From Hyaloraphidium curvatum SAG 235-1 (taxonomy: Eukaryota; Fungi; Monoblepharomycota): a stretch of DNA of 64,000 nucleotides. Both the position numbers and the translations under genes were made by a program. The notes beneath the pieces are model-generated. The model saw only the letters and a list, made by a program, of their open reading frames with translations, did not search any database and had not been told where the DNA came from. Of the stretch, positions 34,436-45,565 are shown one piece after another. How positions within the stretch are numbered: position 1 is the first letter of the stretch; every line of letters starts with the position of its first letter. The DNA lies in assembly GCA_025558095.1 (NCBI GenBank), contig JAIVFI010000036.1:62001-126000 (forward strand), written 5' to 3'.

Positions 34436-36184
34436 GTGTCAAAGTCAGCGATCATCGTCGGCCGCGATGGGCAGCCCGTGGACCTCGATGGCCTTTACTC
34501 TCGTTTTGTGCGGCGCTTCCGCGAACGGATCGCGGTGGCCTGGGCTCTTGGCGTCGCGGCCCACCTCCAACACTGGCTTCAGCTGTGCACCGAAGCCGCC
34601 GCTGTCAACGCTCCGGCCCCCGCGCCGGTCGCTTTTGGTTTGAATGTAGATGAGGAGCTGATTCTTGGGGCGTAGGGGGATTTCTACGGTGGGATTGCTA
34701 GCTCCTCATTACATACAGTCAGCGATTGTCAAACGCCGATCTGATCGCGGCTCTCAAGTCGCGGAGCCGCCGATGTGCGGCCCTGGGCGAGATGGCGCGC
34801 GCCAGCAAGTACTCTCGTGCGGTTCTCGCCGTCGAGGGCCACGACAGCCAGATCACGCGCATCGAGCACCTGCGCGACGCCGACATACCACCGAACGACA
34901 TCTACATCGAGCTGGGCGACGTGCTGGGGGGCGCCGCGCCGGTCAACGTGGTGCAGCCGTCCACGGGGGAGAAGGAAACCGCCCGCAAGGCCGCCGCCCG
35001 CCGCAATGTGCTCAAAGTGCTCCATTCTGCGTCGACCGCGGGATACCTGCGGAAGAAGGCCGCCATCGAGCGTGCTAGGCCGCCGAACCAGCATGTCAAA
35101 CCCCGGCACCTGGAGGACGCGGTGGAGAATCTGGTTTCGGGGGGATGCCTCAGGAAGGAGAAAAAGGGGCAGAGCGGCTGCCTCTACTGACCGATTCGTC
35201 TCCTTCCGTGACTTCGCCCGGCCTTTCCGCCCGCGCTCTATCATTCTCCTCCGATGAGGGCTCGGAGGACAAAGAAGAGGAAAGCGAAGACGAGAACAGG
35301 ACGAGGTCATTCCCCTTGCGGACGATGACGACGACGTGGTCATCTTCAGCGAGGGCCCCACATCGCCCGTCAAGCCCGCGCGTCACGAAGGTGACGGTAG
35401 CGACCCCCGCTCGCCCATCCGAGCTTCGGAGCCCCCTCAACCCGCCACGGGCCCGGCAGACGGAGCACCCGGCCCGGCGGATCCCGTGCAACCCCCGACG
35501 ACCAGCGACGAGGAACTCGCGCGGATCCTGCAGGAGCAGGAATACGTGGCGCACGACTGGCCCGTTCCGGCGTTGAACCCGCTCGTTCGCCCTTACATCA
35601 ACCCGCTTTCGTTGTTCAATCCGTTCCTACCACCCCCAACGCCCGGCGCTCGGCCCCAAGCGGCATTGGCATTCGCTCCCAGACACGTGGGGACGGGGTC
35701 GCCCCGCAAGCCCGGGCCGGCAAGAGGGAAGGGCAAGGAGCGGCGGCCGTCGGGCGCCGCGGCTTCTCCGCCGCCTTCCGCGGACCCTGCTCCGGCTGAT
35801 CCTCCTGACCCGCTCGAGGATGCCCAAGAACCGGATCAACCCGAACAGCAGCAGGTTCCAGATCAGCAGCAGGCACCCGAACCGCAGCCGGCGCCCGCAC
35901 AGCAGCAGGCACCGCTCAAGCCCGATCCCGCCCCCATACCGGCACCCGCAGCACCCTCCTCCATCGCGGAACCCTCGATCGTCGTCAAGTCCGACCCCGC
36001 GATCAAGCCCGACCCCGCGATCAAGCCCGACCCCGCGATCAAGGCGGAACCTGCACCGTTCCCGGCTGCTCCCGTCGTGCTGATCCTCGACGGCCCGGTG
36101 CCGGATGCCGAGCCGCTCCTCGTGAAGCAGGATGTCAAGGTGGAGGTGAAGCGGGAGAGGGAGCTGTTCGTGATCGACGATTGA
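34436..36184 (+). CDS. Hypothetical nuclear protein with UIM-like motif, SUMO-consensus array and SIM-like motifs; exon structure and start uncertain
   Basis: Three consecutive + ORFs separated by intron-like gaps; SDEELARILQEQE; (DPAIKP)x3; C-terminal LFVIDD. Confidence 0.5.
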
Positions 36185-36209
36185 GGCGCCGTGCCGGAGG
36201 ATAGCCGGT

Positions 36210-36852
36210 TCAAGTGCCGCTGGCAGCCGTGCTGTACTCTGGGGCCAGGTAGAGGCCGACGGCCGGCCCGTGCGCCGAGAGGAAGGTCACAAGCCACGAA
36301 GCCCGCGCGGCCCCATCCGCAGATGGTTCCACGGAGGATCGCATGGCGTCCACGAGGTCAGCAGTCCCGCAGGGGTGCACGAAATAGTAAGGGGTGCCGT
36401 AGATTGGATGTTCCTTTGGCAGGGGTGAGAAGAGGAAAGAAGGCTCGAGTAGGGCCGGCGGACCCACAGTCTGCGAGACAATGACATCGCCGCCTGGAAC
36501 TGATTCTTTCCCTTCCGTCTTTGGTCGCAAGAGCAGGTCGTCCGCGTGCCCGCCCCCGTCTGGACGAGACGGTCAAACGGTGATCCTGAACGCGCCAAAC
36601 GCGACCCGCACCGGCACTGCACACGTTGAGCAGCAGCATGGGCACCGCGAACGAGCTGCTGAACACGACGTGGTACGTCCAGGTCCGGACGTCCCCCGAT
36701 TCCGCGGTCCGCACGACCTCCTTCGCCAAGTGGCCGTCGGGCCCGCCGCGGGGCGACGGACGCGTCGGGATCCACTTCCACCCGTCCGCGAGGGAATCGG
36801 ACACGTCGATAAGCAGCTTCGCGTCGCGCTTGAACTGTTCCAAGGGCGTCAT
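36210..36852 (-). CDS. ATG10: Ubiquitin-like-conjugating enzyme Atg10; multi-exon
   Basis: YHVVFSSSFAVPMLLLN, VSQT|EHPIYGTPYYFVHPCGT (catalytic HPC), WLVTFLSAHGPAVGL. Confidence 0.85.
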
Positions 36853-36942
36853 ATGAGGGCGCGCGCCGATCAACATGTCAACAAAGCTGCCTAGTCGCAC
36901 ACATCGCCTCTGCTACTAGCTGTTTCCGCCGGCAGCGCCCCA

Positions 36943-38050
36943 ATGCCAGTGGCCTTGGCATCTCCATCTGCAAACTCTGCGCCTCGGGCTTCTTCACAAC
37001 TACCTGTGCCCCGGACGCCAATGTTGGTGGACGGCCCCGCCATCGCAACTCGGCTCAAGCAGACTGGGAAGCTGAGCTCGGCGGAGATTTCTGCGTCGTT
37101 GGGAGTACATCGCACGACCTATTTTCGTTGGATCAAGTGGGCATCGCTGCCCCCGGCATCGAGAGAGGGAGTTCGCAAGGTCCGGAGCCGCCGCAAGGTC
37201 ACGGACCAGATGGTCCAGGACATCGTACACGAGGCAAAAAGCCAGGTCAGGGTCACCCAGCAGGAGCTAGTTCTTTTTCTGGCAGAAAAGTACGGGATCC
37301 GCGTCTCCCAGCAGCACGTTTCGCGGCTGCTGAAGGCAAATGGCGTCACTAGGAAGAGGCTCACCGTCAAGTCTTCCGAGGCCTTACGGCAACCGGAAAG
37401 GCATCTTCTGTTTCATAGTCGCATCGAGAATGTGCCTATGGAACGCATGGTCGCACTGGACGAAACGGCTTTCGAGCTCAACGACCCGGGCAGCCACGGG
37501 TACTCGGACCGCGGAAGCCGCGCTGTTGTCTACCTCCCGCGGAATAGAGGTCCAAAGGTGACTCTGTGTCTCGCAGTGTCACCAAGTCCTCGTCCGGGAG
37601 CAGTTGCTGGAACGGTGATCTCGTATGTGATCTACCGTGGCAATATGAACACGGAGCGATTCTGCGCTTTCTTGAGGTCTGTTAAGGCAGACGGACAGGG
37701 CCCCAAGAACGCGCTGAACATTGTGATTGACAATGCTGGTTACCATGGATCCCCTTTGAGGGCAAAGAAGACCGCAAATGGTACTGCGATTGTAGAGAAC
37801 ACCTCCGGCAAATCGTTCCTCGCGGTTCAGGCGGTGGCGAAAGCCAACAACCTCAACCTCGTGTACCTGCGACCCCGTACTCCCGAGTTCAATGCGAGTG
37901 AGCACGTGATAGGGCGGTTGAAGCGCCTTGTCCGGCGAGACTGTCCCTCCACTGTGGCCGATCTGATTGACGCTGTCGAGAGGGCGATACGAATTGTTGG
38001 GGAGAGCGATCTCTGTCCCACTTTTCGGCACTGCATCAAGCTCAGCGCGG
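36943..38050 (+). other. IS630/Tc1-like transposase module (two HTH + DDE_3)
   Basis: ISASLGVHRTTYFRW, GIRVSQQHVSRLLKANGVTRK; ALDET (D at 37459), IDNAGYH (D at 37729), TPEFNASE (E at 37900). Confidence 0.92.
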
Positions 38051-41000
38051 AAGAGAAGGCGCGCATTCAGCGGGAGATGCTTCGGTCCGACAACCTTGGT
38101 TCCACGAGCGGGTGCATACAACCGGAAACGGCAACTGGCGAGATCACGGGAGACACAAACTCGACCCGCATGGACACCGGACCGGGTCCCGGGGCCGCGC
38201 CCAGGAACGCGGTGGACGACGGCATCGCTGCTCGAGAAGCGGCCCGCCTGCTGCAGGAGGTGGGGAACTCGTCGCCGTCGTCATTGACGCGTGCCGACCT
38301 CCGTTTGACTTCCCAGGCCCGGGAACTCGGAGTGGCCGAGGTCGACGTCCACAAGGCCTACGATGTGAACCAGCTCTATGGCCGACTACGAGGACTCAGT
38401 AATGGAGGTGCTTTCGGATCGGCGTGGAACACGTTTCTGGACGAGCTGCAGAACGCCCGCGCCACCGCCTCCAAGGACGTCATCGGCACCCTCACCTCCC
38501 TCCCTCCCGACCAGTTCCGCGGAATATGCTCCGCAGTCGAGAAAGGCAAAGGCAAGGAGGTCCGCGCGGCCCTCTGCCGGAAGCTGCGGAACTTCGTCGA
38601 GCGACGTCGGCTCCCCGCGCCCGTCGCCGACGAACCATCGCCGGCCACCGCGGGCACCCCTTCCGGCCTCTCGCCGCCTCCGCCGCTCTTTCCAACTGTT
38701 TTAGCGAACCCGATTTTCGCTCCAGCCGTTGTCGGAGCCCCGGGGGCGCAGCTGGACGCTCTGCTGGACTACGCTCTGGAGCCGACCGTGCCCAAGGACC
38801 TGCGTGAGGCTGTCAAGTACGCGTGCTGTGCCGGGCTTTCCGACCTGGACCAGGGTCGTCCGGACGGCAGTTACTCGTCCCTCTCCGCGACGAGGAAGGA
38901 ACGACTTTTTGTCTCGCGCCTGGTGGCGGTCGACCGTGAAGGAGGCTTCCACCGCTGGACGGCAGCGACCGAGATCCGTCTGCGTGGGCGGCTGATGGCG
39001 AGTGATGCGGCTCGTTTGGATGATTTCGTCCATTCCGTATTCCTTGCTCGAGTGCGGCACTTCGTTCGCCAGCCGGAAGCCGGGCTCATACCCGTGGAGG
39101 ACTTCGAGCTCCCAGCCCAGACCCACCTCCGCCGGCCGCAGAACTGGCGCAAGATCCTGGAGGACGCCCTCGGCGCGCTCAAGAACGCGTCCGGGAAAGC
39201 CCTGTGGGATCGGAGGAGTCGTTCGCTCGAGGTTGCGCTCGCCAGCCTGACTCTGGAAGAGCGCATGGCGCTCGTTGTCCGCACGGACTTGCCCAAGGAC
39301 ATTGCCTTTCAGCAGGCTGAACAGCGCCGCATCTTCTTCGAAACCTTCCTCTGGGGCCCCATGAAGGCCAACGAGGCGCTCCTGGGCATACCGGATCGTG
39401 GTCCGGTGCCCGCGCTGGTGAGCAACGTTCTGGCTTCCAGCTCCAGCATTCTGGGCTGACGGTGCACTCCTCGCAGCCGCTGACCTTCTACGAGATCTTC
39501 CAGCCCACGAAGGGGCTAAGAGGCGTGAGCGAAAGGGCGGACGCGGACCTCGGCTCGTTCTTCGACAAGGCTTTGGCTGCTGTGCACGGAGAGGAGGGGC
39601 GCTCGGTCCTGTTTGAGTTGATCTTTTCTGGCCACCCGATGCGCGACCATTTGCTGGACTATTGGGGGTTCGATTCGCTCGTGAACCCTGTCAGCGACGC
39701 CGCCCGTCGCGCGAGCGTCGCGTTCCACCTGAAGTTGGACGCGCTCGAAAAGGCCTTTGACGCCAAGCGCGTCGACATCTGTTCCCTCGGATGCCTTTAT
39801 TGTCCCTTCACAGTGGCGGTCGAGGGCCGGGTGCCGGCTCGGAACCCGGAGCGGAAGAGAAAGGACGCGAACGGCGCTACGGCCGGCAAGTCGTCGGATC
39901 AGCGCCAGTACGACGCTGGCGTGCGGCTCGGGCATCACGTCGCGGGGAAGCACTTTACGTGCCAGATCTGCCGCAAAGACGGCAGGCGTGTCACGTTTGC
40001 GTTCGAGGCCAAGTACCGGGAACACGTGGAAACCCAGCATGCAGATGCTCCTCTCCAGTAGGTCTCCGCAAGAGATCCACACGGGGTCATTACTCATCCT
40101 CGCTGTCCCAGCCTCGTCATCCCCCGGGCCTTCACATCACGGCGCGGACTGCTGCTCGCCCAGGTCAACTACATTGTGCCGCACGCCTGCCGCACTCAAG
40201 CAACGGAAGCGGAGAGTGCTGCCGCCGGAGCAACGGCGATGGACGTAGACGGGGCGAAGGACGAAGGTTGCGCGGCAAAGGAGCCCAGGTGCCACCTCTG
40301 CCTGTCGACAACCCGGGGACACCGGCGAGGATGCCGGCCGGCTTTGCGGCAAGCTGCGGAGAATGCGTACAAGGCCGTCGGGGATGCGGAGCACGAGCGG
40401 CACGTGACCGAGCGCGCCATGTCGACAACCTGGTTCTTGCCCGAGGAGGCCCTCCACCCCTGGGCGATCGAGCCGCTCAAGAGCGTGGGGCTGCTCATTT
40501 CCCGCGCCGCAACCGGTGCGGCGTCCTTTGCAAAGCTCGTCTGGACCTCGGCGATGCTGGCAGTATACAACGGTCTGCTGGACAACCGCTCCGTTCCCCC
40601 TGCCATCCTGCGCAAGTTCCCACCTTCCGTCGTAGCGAACATGGCGATGCTGGTGGTTTTGAACGAGGGGGCGCTAAACGCCAACGCAGGCACACGCCGG
40701 AGGAAGAAGCCGCGCGGGGACATCGGCACGGATCCGGGCGTGGAGATCACCGCAACTGGCGCGGGACTCGGCACGGTCACGGAAATGGCGGAGGACGATG
40801 ACGAGCCCGCTGCCGAAGATGGGGAAGAAGAAGAGGAGGGCGGAGATTTCGGTGAATACGCCGGGTTCGCGGACTTCCTGGCCGGCGAGGGGGAAGCCGA
40901 CGGACCTGAACACGCGCTGGAAGCTCTGGGCGCCGGCTTCGGTGGCGACGGGATGGCCGACGACGGCGAGGTTTTTGACGGTCCCGGCACCCTCTCCGTG

Positions 41001-44000
41001 GAGGAGCATAACGCGGCGGCTGCGGTTCTGCGGGCGGTAGTCACCGACGCCTACCACGAGCTGAGGCCGGACCTGGCTTCCGAGTTTGCCGACTGGCACC
41101 ACTACCTGCTGCGCGGCCCGCTGCTCGGTTACTTCAGGAATCTTGCCGCAGGACGCCTCCGCACCGTCCCCATCCAGCTGCGCAAGGAGCTTTCGGACCT
41201 GATCCGCACCTTCCTGAAGGAGGAGCTGGACAACGCCGTGAAGCGGCAAAAGATTGGCCACATCTTGCGCTGCGTGCTGGCCAAGCTCGGGACGGGTGAT
41301 ACGAACTTTTTCGGCACCAGCTTCGCGGCCTTTGGCTGCAGCCCCGAGTTTGACGCGGAGGCTCGGCTTCGCCTGACCTGGCTACTCCTGCCGCTATCCG
41401 GACGCTCGCTGAATACGATCATGGACCTGCGGGAGCCCCGCGACCGGCCAAAATGGCCAGCGACTGTCCTACAGCGCGTGATGCTTTCGCTGAGGAAGCG
41501 GGACGTGGAGCTGAAGCGGTCGGCGATGGCGACGCGTATCCGCAGCGTCGCCATATCGCCGCAGAAGGCGCGCGGCAAGTCGCAGGACGAGGAGGACGCA
41601 AAGGCGGCGTACCTGCTGGATCTGCGCGACCGGGCCCAAGCCGAACTCCGCCGGATGCCGCCTGAAGCGATCAGGCAACTGCAGGAGGAGGAGCGGCACG
41701 AACTGGTCGAGACGTATGTGGCTGACAAGCTGCAGTTGCGTGGCATCCCCGTCGAGATCCCCTCCGTGCAGGGGGTTGGCATCCACCCCACAAAGAGCCG
41801 CTTTTGGGGGCCGGAGTGGACGGAGGGCCTGGACAAGGAGGCGCTGTTGCAGCGCTACGAGAGGGAGCTGCTCGATGAGAGGCAGAGGGCGCGTCAGCTG
41901 AGCACAGCTGAACTTCGCCTCGCGCAGACGGGCAAATGCGCGGACGCGGACGCGTTTGGCTCCGAGGCTCTCTTTCAGACTATGCGGCTGCGGGAGGAGC
42001 AGATCGCGAGGCTCAAGATGCGGCGATCGTCAAGCGTTGCCTCGACCGGATCTGAACCAAGCCCGACGGCCTTGCCGCAAAGCTCGACACCGACACCTTC
42101 ATCATCGAGTGCGGCGGACAGCGCTCGGCGCGTCGCCGCCAGCTTCACCACCGAGGCCGCAATGGACGTTGACCCTGCGAACGAGGCGGAGGGTGGTGGA
42201 CCCTCTGCGACTCTGTTCCGCGGAAGTGCCGCCGTGGACCTGCTTTGCGCGGACATGGAGTGCTCCGACTCGGAAGACGGCAATGTTGAGGCTGCTGACG
42301 ACTTCCCCACGATCGGCGGCGGGAAGCAGAAGTCGAAAAAGGGCCGACCGATCCGAGTGGACCCCAAGCCGTGGCCGAAGAACGGGGCACCCAAGCGATT
42401 CCATGGCTACGTCACGACGGGGAAGAAGCGGGCGCCGCTGTCGCCCGAGGGCAAGGTGAAGAAGCGATTGGGGAAGTCACGTGTGGCGGCTCGCCGATGG
42501 TCCAGCGCGGCCGGAGGGAGCGGGGAGAAGAGCGTGGGTGACGCGTTCTCTCCCGTGGTGAGGTCGTCATTCTGATACGTTTCATGAACAACAGCAGTCA
42601 AGGACCCAAGGCGGCACCACCGGAGGGACCTGGGCCGCGGGCGGGATCCGGCCGCTCTTGACCAGGATTTCCCTCACCCCCATAGCCCTGTACATAACCG
42701 CGAGCGATCTGCCCGACCTCTTCAAGATGCTCGGTGTTAAGCTCGGCCCCTTGGCACCGGACGTGGCCAAGATCAACCCCGATTACCTGTTTGGACACCT
42801 GTTCAACAATGGCAACAAAATTGTTCAGGACGAGCGTCTTTTCCGCCTCCATCAGGAGGGGAAGCGCTCCCCGGCAGGGCACGCGGACGCCTCACGGCCG
42901 ACCCTTCGCCGGTCGGGCGATGCGCTGCACTGCTCGTGCATTGCTGGCATGGTTCTTCGTGGCCCAACCTTTGCCATTGTCGAGGAGCACATGGCCGTCG
43001 TGCCCAGGGCTTCGAAGCCGAAGGCACCGCAGCAGCAGTGGACGGAATCTGAGCCCAAAGTGACGCCGCCCTTGGATTGTAGGTCCCCGTTCTTTCATCG
43101 GAGCTTCCGCGCCTAACCTGCTTCCCAACAGTCTTCCTCAGCGCGCCATCGCCCGAGCCGTGTTGGGAGTGTACGGAGCCAGAACAGCACGCCCACTGGC
43201 ACGACTTTTCGGCCCAAGATTCGTTCGGGATGCCCGCGGTCCTCGTGCCCACCCTTCCGCACGGTGCTCCGGACCCCCCGCCGGGCATGGCCGTCGTTGA
43301 TGGTATGTCATCCTTGCCGCTGCACTCAGCGCTGCTGATGTGTTCATCTTCAAGCTCACGGCTGGCTCCATGCTGGCGGGACCGTCTTCTTCCCCCCGCC
43401 CGCCATTACCGACGATGCCGAGCACTTGCTGGTAGATCCCGACTCGACTCCTTTCACGTGGATGGACGTGGATCAGGATTGGATCGGGCTCCCGCCTCCC
43501 GCCTCCATCCCCCCCGAACCCCCACCCGCAACATCACCGAACTCCTCCACATCGGTACCTTCCGAGTCTCCATCCTCCTTCACTCCCACCCTCGCTCCTC
43601 CGCCTCCTCTTCCCATCCCGACGGCCTCGCCTGTGGGTGCCGCAGGATCTTCTCCGCTTCCGCCCTCGTCTCCACCTGCCCCTGCTCAGCCTCCAACCTC
43701 CGCTCCTCTCCCACCGCACCCTCGCTCTACGTGCTCATCGATACCTCGTCCGCCTGTTGACTGGAAGACCTCTATACCGTGCTACAACTTTAGCCGGAAG
43801 GCGGACGCGGAGAAGCTAATGCCGCACTTCCTAACAATGGCAACGGAAGAGGAGATGTGGGATGCCGCCCAACGGGGCCTTCCCGTTTCTGGTGGCGTTG
43901 TCTTTTGCGATCCAAATCGCTGGTTCTATATGCAGGGCGGTCGACGACTTGCACCCGCGTTTGTGGCCCGCTGCCTGGACCCCGGCCCGGGGAGACGGTT

Positions 44001-45524
44001 CGACTTCGCCAACACCCACCTACCCGAGCTTTCGGAGAAGATCGTCGTCACCAACCCGGACGGCACCACATCGACATACATTCTTGTGCGCGCCAACGTG
44101 CCCAAGGGGTGCATCTCTGCGGGCCGCATCAAGGACATCCGGCTCGAACACTCCTGCGACGAGACGGCCCGCGTTGCGCGGGCGACGCAGGCGGCGCCGC
44201 GCAACATCCGCTGCCGACACCACCCGGACGGCGCCGCCAAGCTCTCGGCTCACCGCCCGACCAACCGCGGGCATGCGAACCGCGACGAGAAGCTGCGGAA
44301 GGCCGAACGGAACTGGACGCTTTTCCCCAACCCCGACGGCGGGTCCGATGCCGACGGGGACAGGTTCTGGGGTGGTATCGCCGGCTTTGGGCGCGCCGGC
44401 GTCCGCCAGCTTCCGGAGCTCATTCTCGGCGTGCCTGGGGACCTCGATCGCCGGATGTGTGGTTACCAGCACGCTTCTAGGAAACTGGCGTCGCTGCGCA
44501 AGTCGCACACCCTCCCCTCCGGCCTGACAATCGAGGCTTGGGAATCGGCACTGCCTTCGCAGCGGACGACGAGCTGCGAGCAGTTTCGCAAGTACGCCCA
44601 TGCCATCACGAAGGAGCTCTGCTCCGTCGTCAAGTTCTACTGCAATGATGAGATATGGTTTGTTCACGGCCAGCCTGCGTGATTGGGATGCAGCCTTCCT
44701 GACGCCTTCTTTTGCAGCCGCGACCGCGTCCGTACCATCCGGAGGCGTCGGCAGGTGCTCGACTGGATCGCCCGCGACCTGTGTCGCAACCCGTACTCGG
44801 GCAAGTTCGATTCCCAGACCACCTTCGCCTATGGCGCCGCCCGCTTTGGTCACGCAAGCAAGGGCGGTCCGGCTTCTCGGATTGTGCAGTTCAGGGCCGC
44901 GCTCGCGGCCGTTGGAATCCTCGTTTTGATCAACGAGTACCTGACGAGCCAGATGTGTTCAAAGTGAGTTTTCCCTCGTACTTCGCGCCTGATTTCGCGG
45001 CATTGATCGCCCTCTCGGCAGGTGCCTGACGACCTACGTTGTCCCCATCACCAACCCCGGGTGCCGTGGCGAGATCCGGGGCGCCAAGTACTGCCCGACC
45101 TGTCGCACGTACTGGATGAGGGACGTCAACAGCTGTCGGTCCATCGGGTACCTGTTCTGGTTCGCGATCGCTACCGGTGGCGAGCGCCCCTGGCCGTTCA
45201 AGCCTGACACCAGGAGGCGCAAGCCGTCGAAGCCGGCCGCGAAGTCCGCTGGTACGCTGATTTTGCTCGCTTTGGAGCGTGTGAGCTGATGGCGTTGCAG
45301 GCACCACTCTTCAGACCGGATCCGTTCCCACCGTGCCCAAGCGTCCTGGTGCGGTGGCGCGGGGACGCGGCTCTGCCAAGAAGGTCAGGCTGGACGGCCC
45401 CGGCCGTGGGTCTTCTTATCTTTCTTCTCTACAAATTGGCGGGTGGTGCGAGCCCTCGCCTGTGCCCGATTGTGGGCTTGATCGAGGTGGAGTCCGAGAG
45501 GACCGCCTTTTTGGTGGCAAGTAG
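36943..45524 (+). CDS. Predicted single ~2,711-aa transposase / zinc-finger / Fanzor1 fusion protein, 9 exons
   Basis: Introns 39418-39476, 40058-40111, 42534-42594, 43079-43131, 43303-43354, 44658-44717, 44964-45021, 45252-45300. All are GT-AG and 49-61 nt, and each splice links adjacent ORFs in frame. Exon total is 8136 nt. Confidence 0.75.
43960..45210 (+). other. Fanzor1/TnpB RuvC + Zn-ribbon nuclease module (split by 2 introns)
   Basis: RCLDPG (RuvC-I, D at 43978); KFY...RRRRQVLDWIARDL bridge helix; FAYGAARFGHASKGGP; INEYLTSQMCSKC (RuvC-II, E at 44935); YCPTC..YWMRDVNSCRSI (RuvC-III, D at 45122); GERPWPF. Confidence 0.9.
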
Positions 45525-45559
45525 CATTCCATATGTGTGTAGCCACCCATTTGGAGACT
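45428..45559 (+). ncRNA. Candidate Fanzor omega-RNA (scaffold plus adjacent guide)
   Basis: Directly 3' of the RuvC exons and at the element end; hairpins GTCC-GAGA-GGAC and GCCC-GATTGT-GGGC; long-range pairing CAAAT/GGGTGG with CCACCC/ATTTG. Confidence 0.55.
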
Positions 45560-45565
45560 GCCGCC

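Larger units (their letters stand above)
36898..45539 (+). mobile_element. IS630/Tc1-type DNA transposon carrying a transposase-Fanzor1 gene; ends provisional
   Basis: DDE transposase at the left end and Fanzor RuvC at the right end; imperfect inverted repeats CACACAT-N6-TGCTACT at 36898-36917 and 45520-45539, the right one followed by TA; sits between two divergent host genes. Confidence 0.75.

Noticed and set aside
37781-37830. Possible GT-AG intron explaining the DD56E insert
   Set aside because: It is 50 nt, so removal would shift the frame and lose the catalytic Glu.
42558-42594. Alternative donor GTGAGG for intron 3 of the fusion gene
   Set aside because: It gives a 37-nt intron. GTGGGT at 42534 gives 61 nt and is the same phase, so the fusion holds either way.
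43890-43925. GGVVFCDPNR as the RuvC-I motif
   Set aside because: RCLDPG 23 codons later fits the DPG consensus better, although this needs an alignment to settle.
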